Translations under genes and position numbers: made by a program | Notes under the pieces: model-generated | Told to the model about the DNA's origin: nothing | Seen by the model: only the letters and a program-made list of their open reading frames with translations | The model's database searches: none | Assembly: GCF_004010195.1 (NCBI RefSeq) | Contig: NC_057718.1 | Span: 53,751,615-53,815,614, forward strand | DNA from: Chiloscyllium plagiosum | Taxonomy: Eukaryota | Length of the DNA: 64,000 nucleotides | Direction of reading: 5' to 3' | Shown: piece by piece, positions 1 to 12,947 of the stretch | How positions within the stretch are numbered: the stretch's first letter is position 1 | Layout: every line of letters begins with the position of its first letter

Positions 1-999
1 TTGAGACTAAGTGTGGAGATGGGGCTTTAAGTGCGAGAGACATGTGCATTTTCTCGCAGGTTTGCATTCTTCTGAGCTCACTACAAGTTTTATGTGGGCA
101 CAAAGTTCTTGCCACTACCGGGATCTTCTCGATGCCAATTTCTGGGTGCCATGTTGAAATCGGACTCAAACAGCAACTTCATCCCCCCTCCGGATATGTT
201 GGTGACATGCCAGAAAACAACTCCATTCTTCCATGACATCTCCCTAAAGGTGCTCCGGTTGCATATGGCCAAGAAAAAGGAATGTGCTGTTTGTCAGGAT
301 TGAGAGGCCATCTTGAGTCACCACAACAGCCTAAACTGAGGAAAGTCAGAAGACAGTACTGCAAGGGGATGAGTGAGCTGCTGAGCACTGCCCCAATAAG
401 TGATATTTTCTATTCAGTGTAAGCTTGCTACTACACAGGGTTGTCATATGCAAGATTGAGTGCAAAGCATTGCCATCAGATGCTATATGTGTAATCACTG
501 TCTGCCACTTCACTGTGCCAACCAAGCTGTACTGCTTGCACCACAGTGCAACTGCCTCTCACACATCTGCCAAGGTTCATAGTTAATAGAGCTCTAACTC
601 TAACCACCTCAAACACCATCAGCTCATTGACATTTCATCCCAACTAGAAGTATCTACACAGCAAATCGATTCTCACCACGGGCTACAATGGGGCAAGGAT
701 GCAGCCACAAATCATGGCTTCAGAAGGTACACTTCACAAGGATATTCCGTGTACATATCAGGGAAAAGTAATCTTGTTCTGCATCAACTTAAGGTCCTTG
801 ACCACAATGAATAGACTTCATTCAGAGCCCATTGGCTCATAACTTCTCCCAAAACAGTGCTCCTTATAATCACTGTCACAACTGTGTTGCAAGGCAAATG
901 CTGATGACCTAGTCCCATTATTCCAATAGTCTACATCATTATTATGAATGTAAAGTGCCGATTAAATTGTCAAAATAATTTTTTGTACTAACAGGACTG

Positions 1000-1800
1000 A
1001 GTTGATGGAGCTGTACAGACAAGGAGATAATATCATATCAGCCACACACAGACTGGAGAGGAGGTAAAGGAAGCTGCCCAACCTCTGTCTAATGTTGTGG
1101 TACTGGCATATGAGATCATGGCTGCCTGCTTGGATCAGGTGGTAGTCACTGTGAAGGGCCACATCCTGCAGAATGTGCAGGATTTGCTAGATACATGAAA
1201 GGATTTCATTCCATTGCACAAGCCATGGATGCATTCATTCACTGATGAAGCAAGAGGGACCCAAAGGACCCTTAATCTTCCTCCAAGTGCTGTATTCCCT
1301 CAAACAGTGAAGGAGATGCCAGTATGTGATAACAAGAAGGAGGAATGATAGACAAGCACCCAGGAACTGTCATCTCATGGCATTCCAGATCTACTCCATC
1401 ACATCACCTCTCCTATCCCAGGAGCACCTCCACCATGTCCAGCTGAGGTGGTTGCATCTCTATAAGAGATGTCAACAGGCCAGAGTCTTCAAAACTGACA
1501 CCCAAGAGGAAATTCCTGCCGAAATTATCTGAGACATGATAGCAAAGCAGTCATAGGCTTCCTCAAGCTATCCACTGCTAGAGCTGTTGGGGACCTGGGG
1601 AGTATGGGATGCTGTGAGGGACCCTGGTCCAGTCCAGATAGAGTGTGCTGAATCATCCTGGCGTGCTGTACACTGCACAATTGGAGCAAACATGTAGGCA
1701 ATGTACTGGATTGTGAGAAACTGGTGGAATGGGAACAGTCTTCTGAGGAGAAGGTGGACATTGAGGAGGAAAGGCTGTAATGGCACGAAACTGGAACAGC
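1000..1800 (+). mobile_element. Degenerate PIF/Harbinger transposase (DDE_Tnp_4/HARBI1-like) fragment
   Basis: KGFHSI at ~1198 and SPDRVC*IILACCTLHNW from 1631 match the Harbinger NRKGFHSINVQ and ACCxLHN motifs. An acidic tail follows; stops and frameshifts are present. Confidence 0.7.
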
Positions 1801-2164
1801 ACAAACCTGCAGCGATAGGAAAATACAGATCTGACCAGATTTTAGGTGCATGGGAATTAATCTTCTATTCAGAACGTACAGCATACTATGCAATATTCCT
1901 GTGACCATTTTAAATCTGTTGAGACATTTGACTTTTCAGGTTGAATCTGTCATGTTTTTTAGATAACTGTGAGTGATGTTGAGTTTGTGACTGTACCATC
2001 TTTAAAGGCTCTCAATCCAGCCACATAAGCATTGACAATCTGGCATTGTCTCTCAAAAGCAACATAATGGGACAGCAGCTCCAGATTGCCTACGACACAT
2101 CAGTCAGCATGGCTTGGGACACCCTCACATGTACATCCCCATTCTCTCACCCAAGTTGCTGTTT

Positions 2165-2298
2165 TTTGGGTACTGATGAAGGGCTCCGGCCCGAAACGTC
2201 GATTCTCCTGCTCCTCGGATGCTGCCTAACCTGCTGTGCTTTTCCAGCAACACACTCTCAACCCTGATCTCCAGCATCTGCAGACCTCACTGTCTCCT
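2165..2298 (+). mobile_element. PLE terminal-repeat mini-insertion (family A) with hammerhead motif
   Basis: Same repeat as the PLE end at 46735-46830. Flanked by agttgctgttt at 2154-2164 and 2299-2309 (TSD-like). Confidence 0.75.
2173..2200 (+). ncRNA. Minimal hammerhead ribozyme motif
   Basis: CUGAUGA (2173-2179), A, stem II GGGC/GCCC with UCCG loop, GAAA, CGUC. Predicted cleavage is after 2200; stem I pairing is not evident in this copy. Confidence 0.65.
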
Positions 2299-2329
2299 AG
2301 TTGCTGTTTAACCTCCTACTTAACTACAT

Positions 2330-3100
2330 CCCATCTAAAAACTCAAATTATTCTGTTCATCTGCTATCATCTGCTCCAACACTGTCCTAGCCTAGGCCTG
2401 GGTGGCATTGGACCCACACTCCCCATCTGTCAGGGTGTTATCAAATGGTATAATGAGCCACGGTCACAGCGGGTATCTCTCAGTAACCAGGCTTGTAAAG
2501 GCACCAGGACCTTCAAATGCACTGAGCACATGGGACTGCTCCAGGATGTAGGTGTCTTGGCAGCTGCCAGAGTAGTGGGCACACACCTCCAGGAAGTGTA
2601 ATGGTGATCACAGAATAACTGGGCATTAATTGAATTAAAGCCCTTCCTCTTGATGAACTCCACATCATTGTGATATGGCCCTCTCAGTACCAAATCTGTG
2701 CAACACCTTAGCAGAGTGAACTGTTTCCAAATCCTACTGCCCAGGCTGCAGCCCTGGCCTTGATATAGGGAAACAAAATGAACCGCTGTGACCATACACA
2801 GATGTCATCAGTCACAGTCCAAATGTATTTGTGGGTGCACACTGAGAGGTTTCACATGGGTCATCTGTCATCCCCTGGAAGGAGCCAGTCACATTGATGT
2901 TCAAAGCGACAGTTGTATTCATAGCCAGAGGGAGAGGATGGTCTCCCACTCCTGCAACACCCACAACTCCCAGCCCTGCTCCAGTATCTGGCAAAGTCCT
3001 GTTACATTGCCCTGGGAAATATGGAGCCTCCATTGTCACTGCACCTCACTCATTCCCAGGAAATGGAGTCAGGGCCAAAATGCTCTGGTCCTTTTGGGGA
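2330..3100 (-). mobile_element. Degenerate PIF/Harbinger transposase
   Basis: ORF 2812..3039 has HPLPLAMNTTVALNINVTGSFQGMTDD; ORF 2430..2795 has FIKRKGFNSINAQLFCDH. Confidence 0.85.
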
Positions 3101-3930
3101 TCCCACACATCCTGAGGGAACCTGCAGCTGTGACATCTTCATCCTCTGCTACTGCTCCTGGCTTTCCATTAGCCCTGGTCCTCCTGTATATGAGGAAGGC
3201 AGCCACATAGTCACCAGCACCCAATGAGGGACAAAGTGCGGCACTCTCAGTAGAAACGATTGACCTTGGGAACAGAAGGAGTGAAAGAGGTTCTTGCTGT
3301 CAGAAAAGTTCTCGGTGACATACTGTGCAGTGGGATATGCAGCACCCCAATATTGAGGACTACGACTGTATTATTCACTCAGCTTCAACCTCAACATGTG
3401 CAACAGCTTGGTCAAGATGCTATACTGACTTAAAGACCGACGCATTGCATTAAAAGAGAGACTGATTGGAATCCCATCCTATCCCAGACCCATGTCAACA
3501 TTCAACCTCTCATTGCGTTCAATACAGACCATCAGGGCACCTACATGACCGATGATGGAGCAATGGTGTATGGCTCCTACAATATCCTTAGAATGTGCAC
3601 TAAAATTGGTCACCTTTGACCAGCATTGCTCTCTTTTTAAGACATTGCTGCTAACTTTGCCATCATTGAAATGCCAATGTTGAATTTACAAGCACCAATG
3701 GCATCATACCGCAGCTGATCCCTAAGTCCCTTTGCTCTACATACATAGCAAATGAAATGATTACAAGTTAAATACAGCTGGGGTTTGTAAAAGGCTGCTG
3801 CATATATTTATTCCTTCAATGTCCTAGTATCCAGCAAATGTAGATCATATACAATTGTCCATCAAACTGACACTGACTACACTCACCCTGGGCTGTGTCC
3901 CAGCTAATATTGAGCAGCACTTTGCTTCTC

Positions 3931-4128
3931 AAAAGTGGCACCTGATAGCAACGACCACAGCTCATGATGAACATTGTCAGTACCTCTGCCTGGTCGTCAG
4001 GTAAATACCGAACCCCTCTTTCCCCAGACCAAGAGTGGCAAGTGATAGAAAGAACAACAGCTCATAATGAACAGTCTGGGCCTCTGCCTGAACATCAGGT
4101 GAATACCAAACCCCCCCTCTCCCAGACT
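3931..4128 (+). repeat. Diverged 2 x 100-bp tandem duplication
   Basis: agtggca..gatag..acagctcat.atgaaca..cctctgcctg..tcaggt.aatacc.aacccc..cccagac repeats with period 100. Confidence 0.85.
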
Positions 4129-5189
4129 CGCTGACACTGTTCACAATGCATTACACCAACAGCCCATTCATATTAATTGTCTTAATATGAAGACCTACCA
4201 CATTGATCTTTGTCTGTAACTGTCCTCCACTTTGTTCCCTGTGCCCCATGCAAATACTGCATCTTTTTAGTTTTTTTTTATTTTTGATTGCAGGCTGAAA
4301 TGGGAAATTAATCGTTTTCGAAACTAAGGATTACTGACCTTTGCAAAAATAATAATTTGGGCACTCGTTGTAAACACTGTTTACACAGCTGCTTGTTCCA
4401 ATCGTTGTGAAAGCCTAAGTTGCTGATGAACTGGAGCCAAGGGGCATGAATAGAGTTTTGGATGACAAAACAATAGCTGATTGGTCTTTGGCCTAATAAT
4501 TGATGGCAAAGCCATCTGCCTGCCAAGGACTAGCTGCACTGCTTGGGATACGAATGTTTTGGCCAAACCATTGAGCTCTCTGGAGGAGAAGGCACTGTGT
4601 TTTTGCTCTGCAGTAAAAAACAACTCAATCCTAAAGATAAGCAGTTTGTTTCCTCTTTTCAGTTGTGTTAATCTCTGAGTTTTAATTGGCAAATCCAAAA
4701 CTTTTATAAGTGGGAGCCAGTCACCCTCTGTCTCCTGCAAACAGGTGAAATATCTAGGAAAGAAAGATCACGAAGCAATGTTCCAATCAATAAAACAATC
4801 ATTTCAGAAAATCTGATGGACGGAGACCTGAGCTGTCTTCCCTTTGCCACATAATACCCACACTTTTATCACTGTCTATGATTGACAGTATGTGCATATA
4901 GATAGGATGTTTATAAGGGGGGTCAGAGTTTTAATTAGTAGACTTATAGGGTTATAATCTTGTAGAGGTAGAGAGTTCATAATCATTTATCCGTAGTTAG
5001 AATCTGTTTACTTACAATAGTCATTCTTATTAAATAAGGAAGCCTGGTCCATGCTTTCTGTCAACCTGGGTCTGAAGGCCACTTAAATTGGGGAGTTCTG
5101 GGTACTCTTAAAAATATTTAACTTTTGTGATATCTCTGGGAATAGTGGGGCTTGATTTCCAGTGTGCTATCCCACTTGGCATCACACCT

Positions 5190-5700
5190 TAATAGTGCCC
5201 CTTTGGAAGCCATGATAGTATTCATTACCACAAACCCCCATTCCATAGCCTAGCATGCCTTGAGTTACCGATGCTATTCCACAAACTTCCATATACCTGG
5301 AGCACCCTTCATCACCATCCTTGTCTGGTCAATGATAGCCTTAATGAATGCAGATGCTGCAATGTAGCATTGTTCACATTGACTATCTGGGTCCATAGTG
5401 AACTGGGAAAACTGTACTGCTTCCCTGTAAAGGGCATCAGTAAATGTTTGCACACACTTGTGAGCTACAGACAGGGAGATGCTGCATGAATCCCCAGTTG
5501 AGGATTCAAAGGAGCCAATGGTGAAGAAGATTTCTAGTACCACTGGCATTGTGCTGCCTTCGAAGCCAACCAGCTGCAGACCTGCCTACAGAAGATAGCA
5601 GAGGTAGGTGATGACTTCTCCAGCCATAGGAAGATGTCTTCAACATTGTCATTCACCCATAACTGGTATGCCTTCTATGCTTTTTCTCTGTGATCTGGTC
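5190..5700 (-). mobile_element. Degenerate PIF/Harbinger transposase (third copy)
   Basis: ORF 5274..5549: FFTIGSFESSTGDSCSISLSVAHKCVQTFTDAL...AIIDQTRMVMKGAP (helix-turn-helix region plus IDxTH-like motif). Confidence 0.85.
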
Positions 5701-6971
5701 AACATCCCTGAAAATCCTGGTCCCCCTTTCCACAAACTGCTTGATCATCCATATCTGTAACTCCTTCAGCCACATGTCTCTGCTTCTGTTTGTCTTTGCT
5801 CTTCCCTTCCTACCTTTCTCCTTCTTAACAATGCTCAGTCAGTTGCTGGGTTCGGTAGATCAAACATGTGGCATGAAAAAACTGACCTCCGAAGGAGTAT
5901 CTGTTATGGGTTGGAAACTTTCCTTGTGAGATCTTGGTATAGTCAATGTACCCTTTGGGCCCTTTACACGCTACTGGTGTGTTGGGTAAGAGCCATCTCT
6001 ATACGGTAAGGTTCAAGCTCCATGATTCAAGACTGGAGTTCCCTTTCCTGATGCTAGCATAGGAATGCATTTGTGTTCTTCATATTCACATTGCTTTACA
6101 CGCATGTGGTGATAGGCAAACTCTCACTCTCGTTGCCCCAGATTGTCTTCTGTGAGGCAGCTTAACAACCTTGCAATGAGCAGCCCACATGATGGCTAAA
6201 CCACCTTATTCTCAATCTTCACATGCATGGGTTTCTAAGTTGTCCTGCATGTATCAACATACTAGACCTTAACTCGGCCCTCCCAGAGGACCATCAGAAC
6301 TATTGGTATTTGCTTGGTGCTCGCATTGAGAAAGGTTACAAGCCATAGTTGGGAGGTGGTTGTTTAATCTTGAAAACCTTTCACACCTCGACTGTGCAGT
6401 GGGCTTTTCCCTTCTGTGAAAATATTTGAAGTGAGTCTTAATGCTGTAGATATTTCCACTTGCTGTTCCAATTGCCTCAGTTGTGAGTTAACTAACATGT
6501 GGAAACAGATCTGTGGTCCCTTCCTTTTCTTCTGCACAATACCTGTGAGGCATTATTTTGGAAAACAGAGTGGCAAGAAATGATTGTTGTTAATGTTTCC
6601 TTCGAGTCTTTCACCCTCCACCCTCTACCACTTTAGAATCTACTTTCTACTCCTTAACCCTTGATAGTGTTTCATGTTCTTCTTCCATCCCCTCTGTCCA
6701 TTATCAATATCTCCCTGTAACAATCGGCCCTCTCATTATCCCTGGTTATCTCTACTGTTTGTCATGATCTCACTACTATCCAGATCTCCTTGTTCAGTCT
6801 TACCATGACACACTCTGTTAGTTAGATCCACTGTTTTTCCACCTTCCCCAACACATTTGATTTTCCCATTATGATCCCCTCCTTTAACACACAGTTCCCA
6901 GCTTTCACTGTCCCCATTCCTCCAACATGGTTATTCTCCCCTTTGTATTTAAGTTGCCTCTATTCCACAGG

Positions 6972-7255
6972 AGGGCAGCACGGTGGCTCAGTGATTGTAA
7001 TGTTGTCTCACAGCACCAGGGCCTAAAGTTTGAGTCCACCCTCAGGTGACTGTATGGAGTATGCACATTCTCCCCATGTCTGCGTGGATTTCCTCCAGAT
7101 GCTCCAGTTTCCAAAGGTATGCAGGTTAGGTGGATTGGCCATGGGAAATGCAGGATTACAGGCATAGAGGGGGCAGTCTGGGTAGGATGCTCTTGGCACG
7201 GTCAATGTGGACTCGATGGGCTAAATGGTCTGTTTCCACACTGTAGAGACTCTCT
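6972..7255 (+). mobile_element. HE1-like tRNA-derived SINE (V-domain core, CR1-derived tail)
   Basis: Head ggcagcacggtggctcagtg, core tgcacattctccccatgtctgcgtggatttcctcc, tail tgtttccacactgtag. Confidence 0.85.
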
Positions 7256-7539
7256 GACAGGATCCTTTAATGTCCCAATAATCACATCTTTTCAACTGAT
7301 TTTCATCCCATGCAGGCCACCTTTCTGTCCCTGTTTTGTATCAATCCTTTTTTATATTAATCCTTTTAAGTCATTTCCTCTTTCAGGTGGTCCCCCTCTT
7401 AAGTTGCTCACCCTTTTGAGTTGTTACCTGTGTGCCTGCCATGGTAGGATTTGCCTGAATCAGCCTGTGTGACTGCCCAGTTTTGTCAGGATAATGGGGC
7501 TGGTCTACCTTCACCTTTTATACCGTATACATTTAATGA

Positions 7540-8920
7540 TGACGTGGAGATGCTAAACTCATTGATCACAAGTTCCAATGTGCCATAGCGAGAAACTATA
7601 ATGACCTTCTCAGAAGACAGACACAGGACATGACTGATAGCGTACCCTGCATTGTCTAGTGCTTCCTGGGAGTGAAGAAACTACACCATTTTCTTCACAG
7701 CCTGCAACACATTATCGATGAGAATGAGCACCTCACCAAGATCTTCCATGCACCTCCAGTTCTTGCCTTTAAACAGCTGCCAAACCTTAATCAGACCATT
7801 GTTCGCAGCAAACTGCCCAGCCTTCAGTACAACATTGACCACAACACCATATTGTGGCAACCACTGCAAGACGGGTCAGAGAGTTGACACGGATACTACC
7901 AATACACATGGGAACACTATCCACTGTGTACACATATGACTTGGTCAACATTGTCTATCTTATATGCTGCAAGCAAGAATGCCCCGAGGCATGGTATGTT
8001 GGTGAGACCAAACAGACACTATGACAATAGATGAATGGACATCATACAACAATCACCAGACAGAGGTGTTTCCTCCCAGTTGGGGGACACTTCAGCAGTC
8101 AGGGACATTTGGCCTCAGATCTTCAAGTGACTGTCCTCCAAGGCAGACTTTGGGATATGCAGCAATGCAGAGTGGCAAAGCAGAGGTTGATAGCCAAGTT
8201 CCATACCTAAGAGGACGGCGTCATCTGGCATCTTGGGTTCATGTCACACTACAGGTTACCCCACTACACTATGCACACACACATACACACACGCACGCAC
8301 GCAGACACACACACACATTCTCTCTTTCTCACATACACACACACACACTATCTTTCTCTGTCTCTCTCCCTTCCCCACCACCCCCCGCCCCACCCCACCT
8401 CATATACACACACATGCGCGCACAAACACATATAAGTCTTTGGGGTTAATTTGCATTTGCAGATTTGTATTTGCAGACACATTCTATTTTGTTCAAAAAG
8501 CACACAATCTGTCGGCAGTCATTCTATAAATTCCTACTTTGGAAATAGAACCATTCTGACTCAAGATTGGGATGCAGACAGACTCTAATCTCACACCTTT
8601 AATGCATTGTCTGAGCTGAGATGTCATCTTTTTTATATAAAACTTTAAGTTATCTTGGGACTGTGACTTGAAAGAAGTTCTGAGGTTTATACATTAATCA
8701 CTCGAAATCTGCACCCTCATTCAAAGTGATTAAAGATTTAACAGCAATGTAGTCTTGTTCAATACTTCGCATCAGTTGTATGACACTATCATCTTTTACA
8801 CTAAATTCTGTGTCTTATGATCCTGCCCCACAAGCTACTCGATGGTGGAGCAGCACTCCAAAAGCTTGTACTTCCAAATAAACCTGTTGAACTAGAAGCT
8901 GGTGTTGTGTGATTTTTACC
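7540..8920 (+). mobile_element. Penelope-like element 3' part (GIY-YIG endonuclease) with family-B terminal repeat
   Basis: PPVLAFKQLPNLNQTIVRSKL (ORF 7672), then NIVYLICCKQECPEAWYVGETKQTL from ~7948. Ends with ggagcagcactccaaaagc...aataaacctgttg...ggtgttgtgtgatttt. Confidence 0.88.
8272..8430. repeat. (CA)n/(CT)n microsatellite inside the PLE
   Basis: Direct reading; explains the HT-rich ORFs. Confidence 0.9.
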
Positions 8921-10394
8921 GTTTATTGATAAGAAGGCAAAGTCTCTTAACTGGGACTTCTCACAAGTTGCTCATCAGGGGGAGCCTTCTTCCCTAACTC
9001 TGTAAGTGTTAAACTAAAATAACGCAGGCTGCATATGACAGAGACGTCTCATGAGCTGGTTGACTCAGGGAGGCTTCACCCTTTACAATTTAACCATTTG
9101 CACAATTTCACACTTTCTGGCAAAAGAGCAAGAAAAACTGCATTCAGTGAAACAGATAGAGAGGATTCTAAAACATAATGGAAAAAGAATGACCCCAGGT
9201 CTACCCAATCTGTCAGAGTGTCTCAATTACTTTGCACAACATCATGTCATCAATAAGAATCAAGAAAATAGCAAACAATTCTACCTGTGGGTCTGGACTG
9301 GCGTTTATTGCACTATGTTTTCTTGACTGTTTGTCATTTGTGTTATTCGTGAATGAGTATTTGTTTGGGGTAAAACAGTAGTAAGTTTAATAGTAATAAT
9401 TTAGTAATTAATCATTTACCTTCATTGTCATTTTGTTAATGTAAGTATAAGTTATCATAAGTAGTTACTTACCCCATTCATTTTGACACCCAGCATGAAT
9501 TGCCATGAATCAGGTCCAATAATTTTTGTGGTTGAATGAGATTCATACACATTTACCTTGGCTTGGGGATTAGCAGTGCTTGATTATCTGCACACTCTTC
9601 CAGATTGGATTCTGATGGCAAAGAAGCAGCTTGTTTATGAAAGGTTCAAGTTAATGAAGAAGGTTGTAGTCACCAGAGCTTGGAAGAACCAATTTACTCC
9701 AACAAGTACACACCTATGTATATAAATGTTTATAGTTCGGTTTGTGAACATGTGTGTGCCCTGTTTTCAGCTGTCAGGATTTTGCCTATGAATGCAATTG
9801 CAGCAGGCTAGGTTCTTATTGAATATCCATGATGGACAAATGAATAAAAAAAACAGGTTTCCACCAAATGGATCAGGAAACTGATACACCTCGAAGTTTC
9901 TGAGGATTTAACAGCAAAACTTTAACTTGATGTTAGAAAATCTACTTTTTACCTCATGCACAATTAAGTTCCCCGCCCGCCCTTCTAAAAGTATATGAGG
10001 TGGGCCCAAAGAAGTCCTACCCTTAGGATAAACCTAGTCAAAAATTGCAATAGTACATGTAAGTTCAATAAAGCACTGACAGTCAATACAGTGTACTCCT
10101 TTCTATTACAAAGGTCAAGATAATGAACAGTGTTCAATGCTACTTTTATTGAAGATGCAAATTGTCACTGTAGACTGACTCAGCAAATGTGAGATTTGAT
10201 TAGGGGTTATCAAGACTATTTGTTAATGATTATAATTTGCCTATTTTCTGCTGAAGTGAAAGGTTCACAAAAGGTTAATGGATCACTTGCTGTAGACATA
10301 TGACATGCTCTGTGGCTATGGAGCTTTATAGATTAGCTCTGGCTGGAAATGTAAAGTGCAAAGCCCAAATTGAGACAAAGTGATTGCTTTATTT

Positions 10395-12520
10395 GTTCTT
10401 AAGATGTGAGCATTGCTGGCTAAGCCAGCATTAATTGTCCATCCCTATTGGTGAATAGAAAGTGATGGCAAGTTGCCTTCTTGAACTTCAGCAAGCCTTA
10501 GACTGTCGAGGAACCAGCGGTGCTACTAGAATCCCTACAGAGTGGAAGGAGGGCCTCCAAAAAAACATTCCACCCAGACCCACCTTATTCCTATAACCTT
10601 GTAATCCCCATGGTTAACCCACCAAGCCTGCACATCCCTGGACACTACAGACAATTTAACGTTGCCAATCCACCTAACCTGCACAGCTTTGGACTTTGGG
10701 AGGAAACTGCAGCATCCAAAGGAAACTCATGCAGACAAGGGGAGAATGTGCAAACTTCACACAGACAGTCACCTGAGGTGGGAATCGAATCCAGGTCCCT
10801 GGCTCTATGAGGCAGCAGTGCCAAACACTGAGCCACTATGCTGCTCTAGGAAGGAAGTTGCAGAATTTTGATCCAGTGACAGTGGAGAAATGTTGATAGA
10901 GTTCCATGACATGATGATGGGTGAACTGAGGGGAACTTGCAGGTGGTGGTGTTCCCATGTATCTGCCGTCCTTTTCCTAGCTGATAGAGGTCATATGATC
11001 AGAAGTGCCTGTCGAAGGAGTCTTGTGTGTTTAATTCACTTTGTAAATGTGAGACATTGCTTCTACTGTTCAAGGGGCAAAGGGAGTGAATTTTATTGAT
11101 TGTGGAAGGGGTGCAAATCAAATCGCTACTTTTTTTCTGAATGATGTCCAGCGTCTTGAGTATTGCCAGAGCCACATTCATCCAAGCAAGTAGAGAGTAT
11201 TCCATCACACTCCTGGTTTATAACTTGCAGAAAGCGGGTAGACTCTGGGGAGACAGGAGGCTCTTAGTCTTTGTATTTAAATGGCTAGCCCATTTCAGGT
11301 TCATGACAACTTCCCGAATATTGATAGTAAGGGAATCAGTGATAGTAGTGCCATTAAACATCAAAGGACAATGGTTAGATTCTCTCTTATTAGAGAACGT
11401 CATTGCTCCTCACTTGTGTGGCATGAATTTGATCATTAGTTGTTGACCCAAACCTGGATATCAACCAGGTTTTGCTTCATATGGACATAGGCTACTTCAT
11501 TGTCTGCTAGTGATGTTGTGAATTGTGTAATTATTAATAAACATCCCCACTTCTGATCTTATGATGGTGGGACGGTATGATACAGCAGTTGAAAATGATT
11601 AGGTCTATGCCATGACCCTCAGGAACTACCGTAAGCCATGTCCTGGGCTGAGATGATGATCTGGAAAAACATTCATCTTCCTCTTTATCAGGTTATGAAT
11701 TCAAGTAACAGAGATCTTTACCCCTAAAGGTCTTGCTAAGGGTTGCTGATGCCATACTCTTGATGTCAAGGACAGTCACTCCCAACTAATCTCTGGAGTC
11801 TCACTGTTTTGTTCATATTTAAAACAAGGCTGTTTGAAGTCAGCAGCTGATTGGCCATCACAGAACCCAGACTGAGTGCCTGTGAGTAGACTAATAGAGC
11901 ATTAATCGATTGGGTTGGAGTTGTTTTGCTTTTTGTGAACAGGACACACTTGGGCAATTTTCCACCTTGTTGGATAGATGCCAGTGTTGTAGCTGTAATG
12001 GAACAGCTTGGCTAAGTCTGTTTTCAGTTCTGAAACACACAGTATTATTGTTGGAAATCTGTCAAAACCTTCAGCAGTTTCGTCACATCGTGTGGAGTGA
12101 ATCAAATTCGGTAAAGATCAACATTTGTGATGCCTGGGACATAAGGAGGAAGCCGAGATGGATCATTCACTTGGAACTTTTGGCTGATGATGGATATGAA
12201 AGTTTTAGCCTTGCCTTTTGTACTGCAAATATGTAAATATTTTGCAGTCTCCATTTTTGTTAATTGTTTAATTGCTCCCCACCATTCACATCTAATTTGG
12301 CCAGGCTGAACAGATTAGATCTGACCTGTTGGCCCAATCTATTACATGCTGTTTCCACAGTTTGGAATGCAAATAGTCTTGTGTTGTAGCTTCACCAGGC
12401 TGACACTTCATTTTCTCATAAATCCAGTACTGCTTATGATGTGATTTCCTTCAATCTTCATTGAACCAGGCTTGATCTCCTGTCCTGATGGTAACAGTAC
12501 ACTGGGCTATGAGGTTGTTT
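10395..12520 (-). mobile_element. Old non-LTR retrotransposon (CR1/L2/Jockey group), degenerate
   Basis: ORF 11902..12105 LAKLFHYSYNTGIYPTRWKIAQVCPVHKKQNNSNP is the pre-RT segment. Interrupted by a SINE. Confidence 0.8.
10528..10845 (-). mobile_element. HE1-like SINE
   Basis: Reverse complement of the 6972 family, with A/B-box head at the right end. Confidence 0.85.
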
Positions 12521-12555
12521 AGACTTTGTAGCAGTATGACAGTGGCCAGTTGTGA

Positions 12556-12815
12556 GCCAACCACACTTCTGTGAGTCTGGAGTCATACATAGACCAGGCC
12601 AGGCAAGGATGGCAGCTTTCCTCCACTAAAGACTATTAGTGAACCAGATGCGTCTTTATAACACTTGATGGTCACAATTAGATCAACATTTAAATTCCAG
12701 ATTACCGTTGTTGAATTTAAATTTCACCATCTGTCATGGTTGGATTTGAACTGATGTTCCCTGAACATTACCTCAGGGTGCTGAATTGCTAGTCCAGTGA
12801 CATTACCACACCACC
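12556..12815 (-). mobile_element. tRNA-derived SINE, second family
   Basis: Reverse-complement head (ggatttgaac...ctagtccagtgacattacc) and core ctggttcactaat. Homologous to 12948, 15686 and 56328. Confidence 0.7.
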
Positions 12816-12947
12816 TCTCTCCTGTTTGTGAGGAAACATGAATGGAAGAATCTAAGTTCACCAACTACCAGGAGAAGTGTGCAGCGTGGTAGTGAGATCC
12901 TGTATCCTCTGTGCACAATCAAATCATGACAACTGATTTTTTAAAAA

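Noticed and set aside
4294..5190. Strong acceptor followed by LKWEINRFRN*, and a 119-aa minus-strand ORF
   Set aside because: The peptides are unrecognised and the region looks like an LTR-type remnant, but I could not define termini, so neither call is made.
8021..8529. His/Thr-rich ORFs
   Set aside because: They are translations of the (CA)n microsatellite in a PLE.
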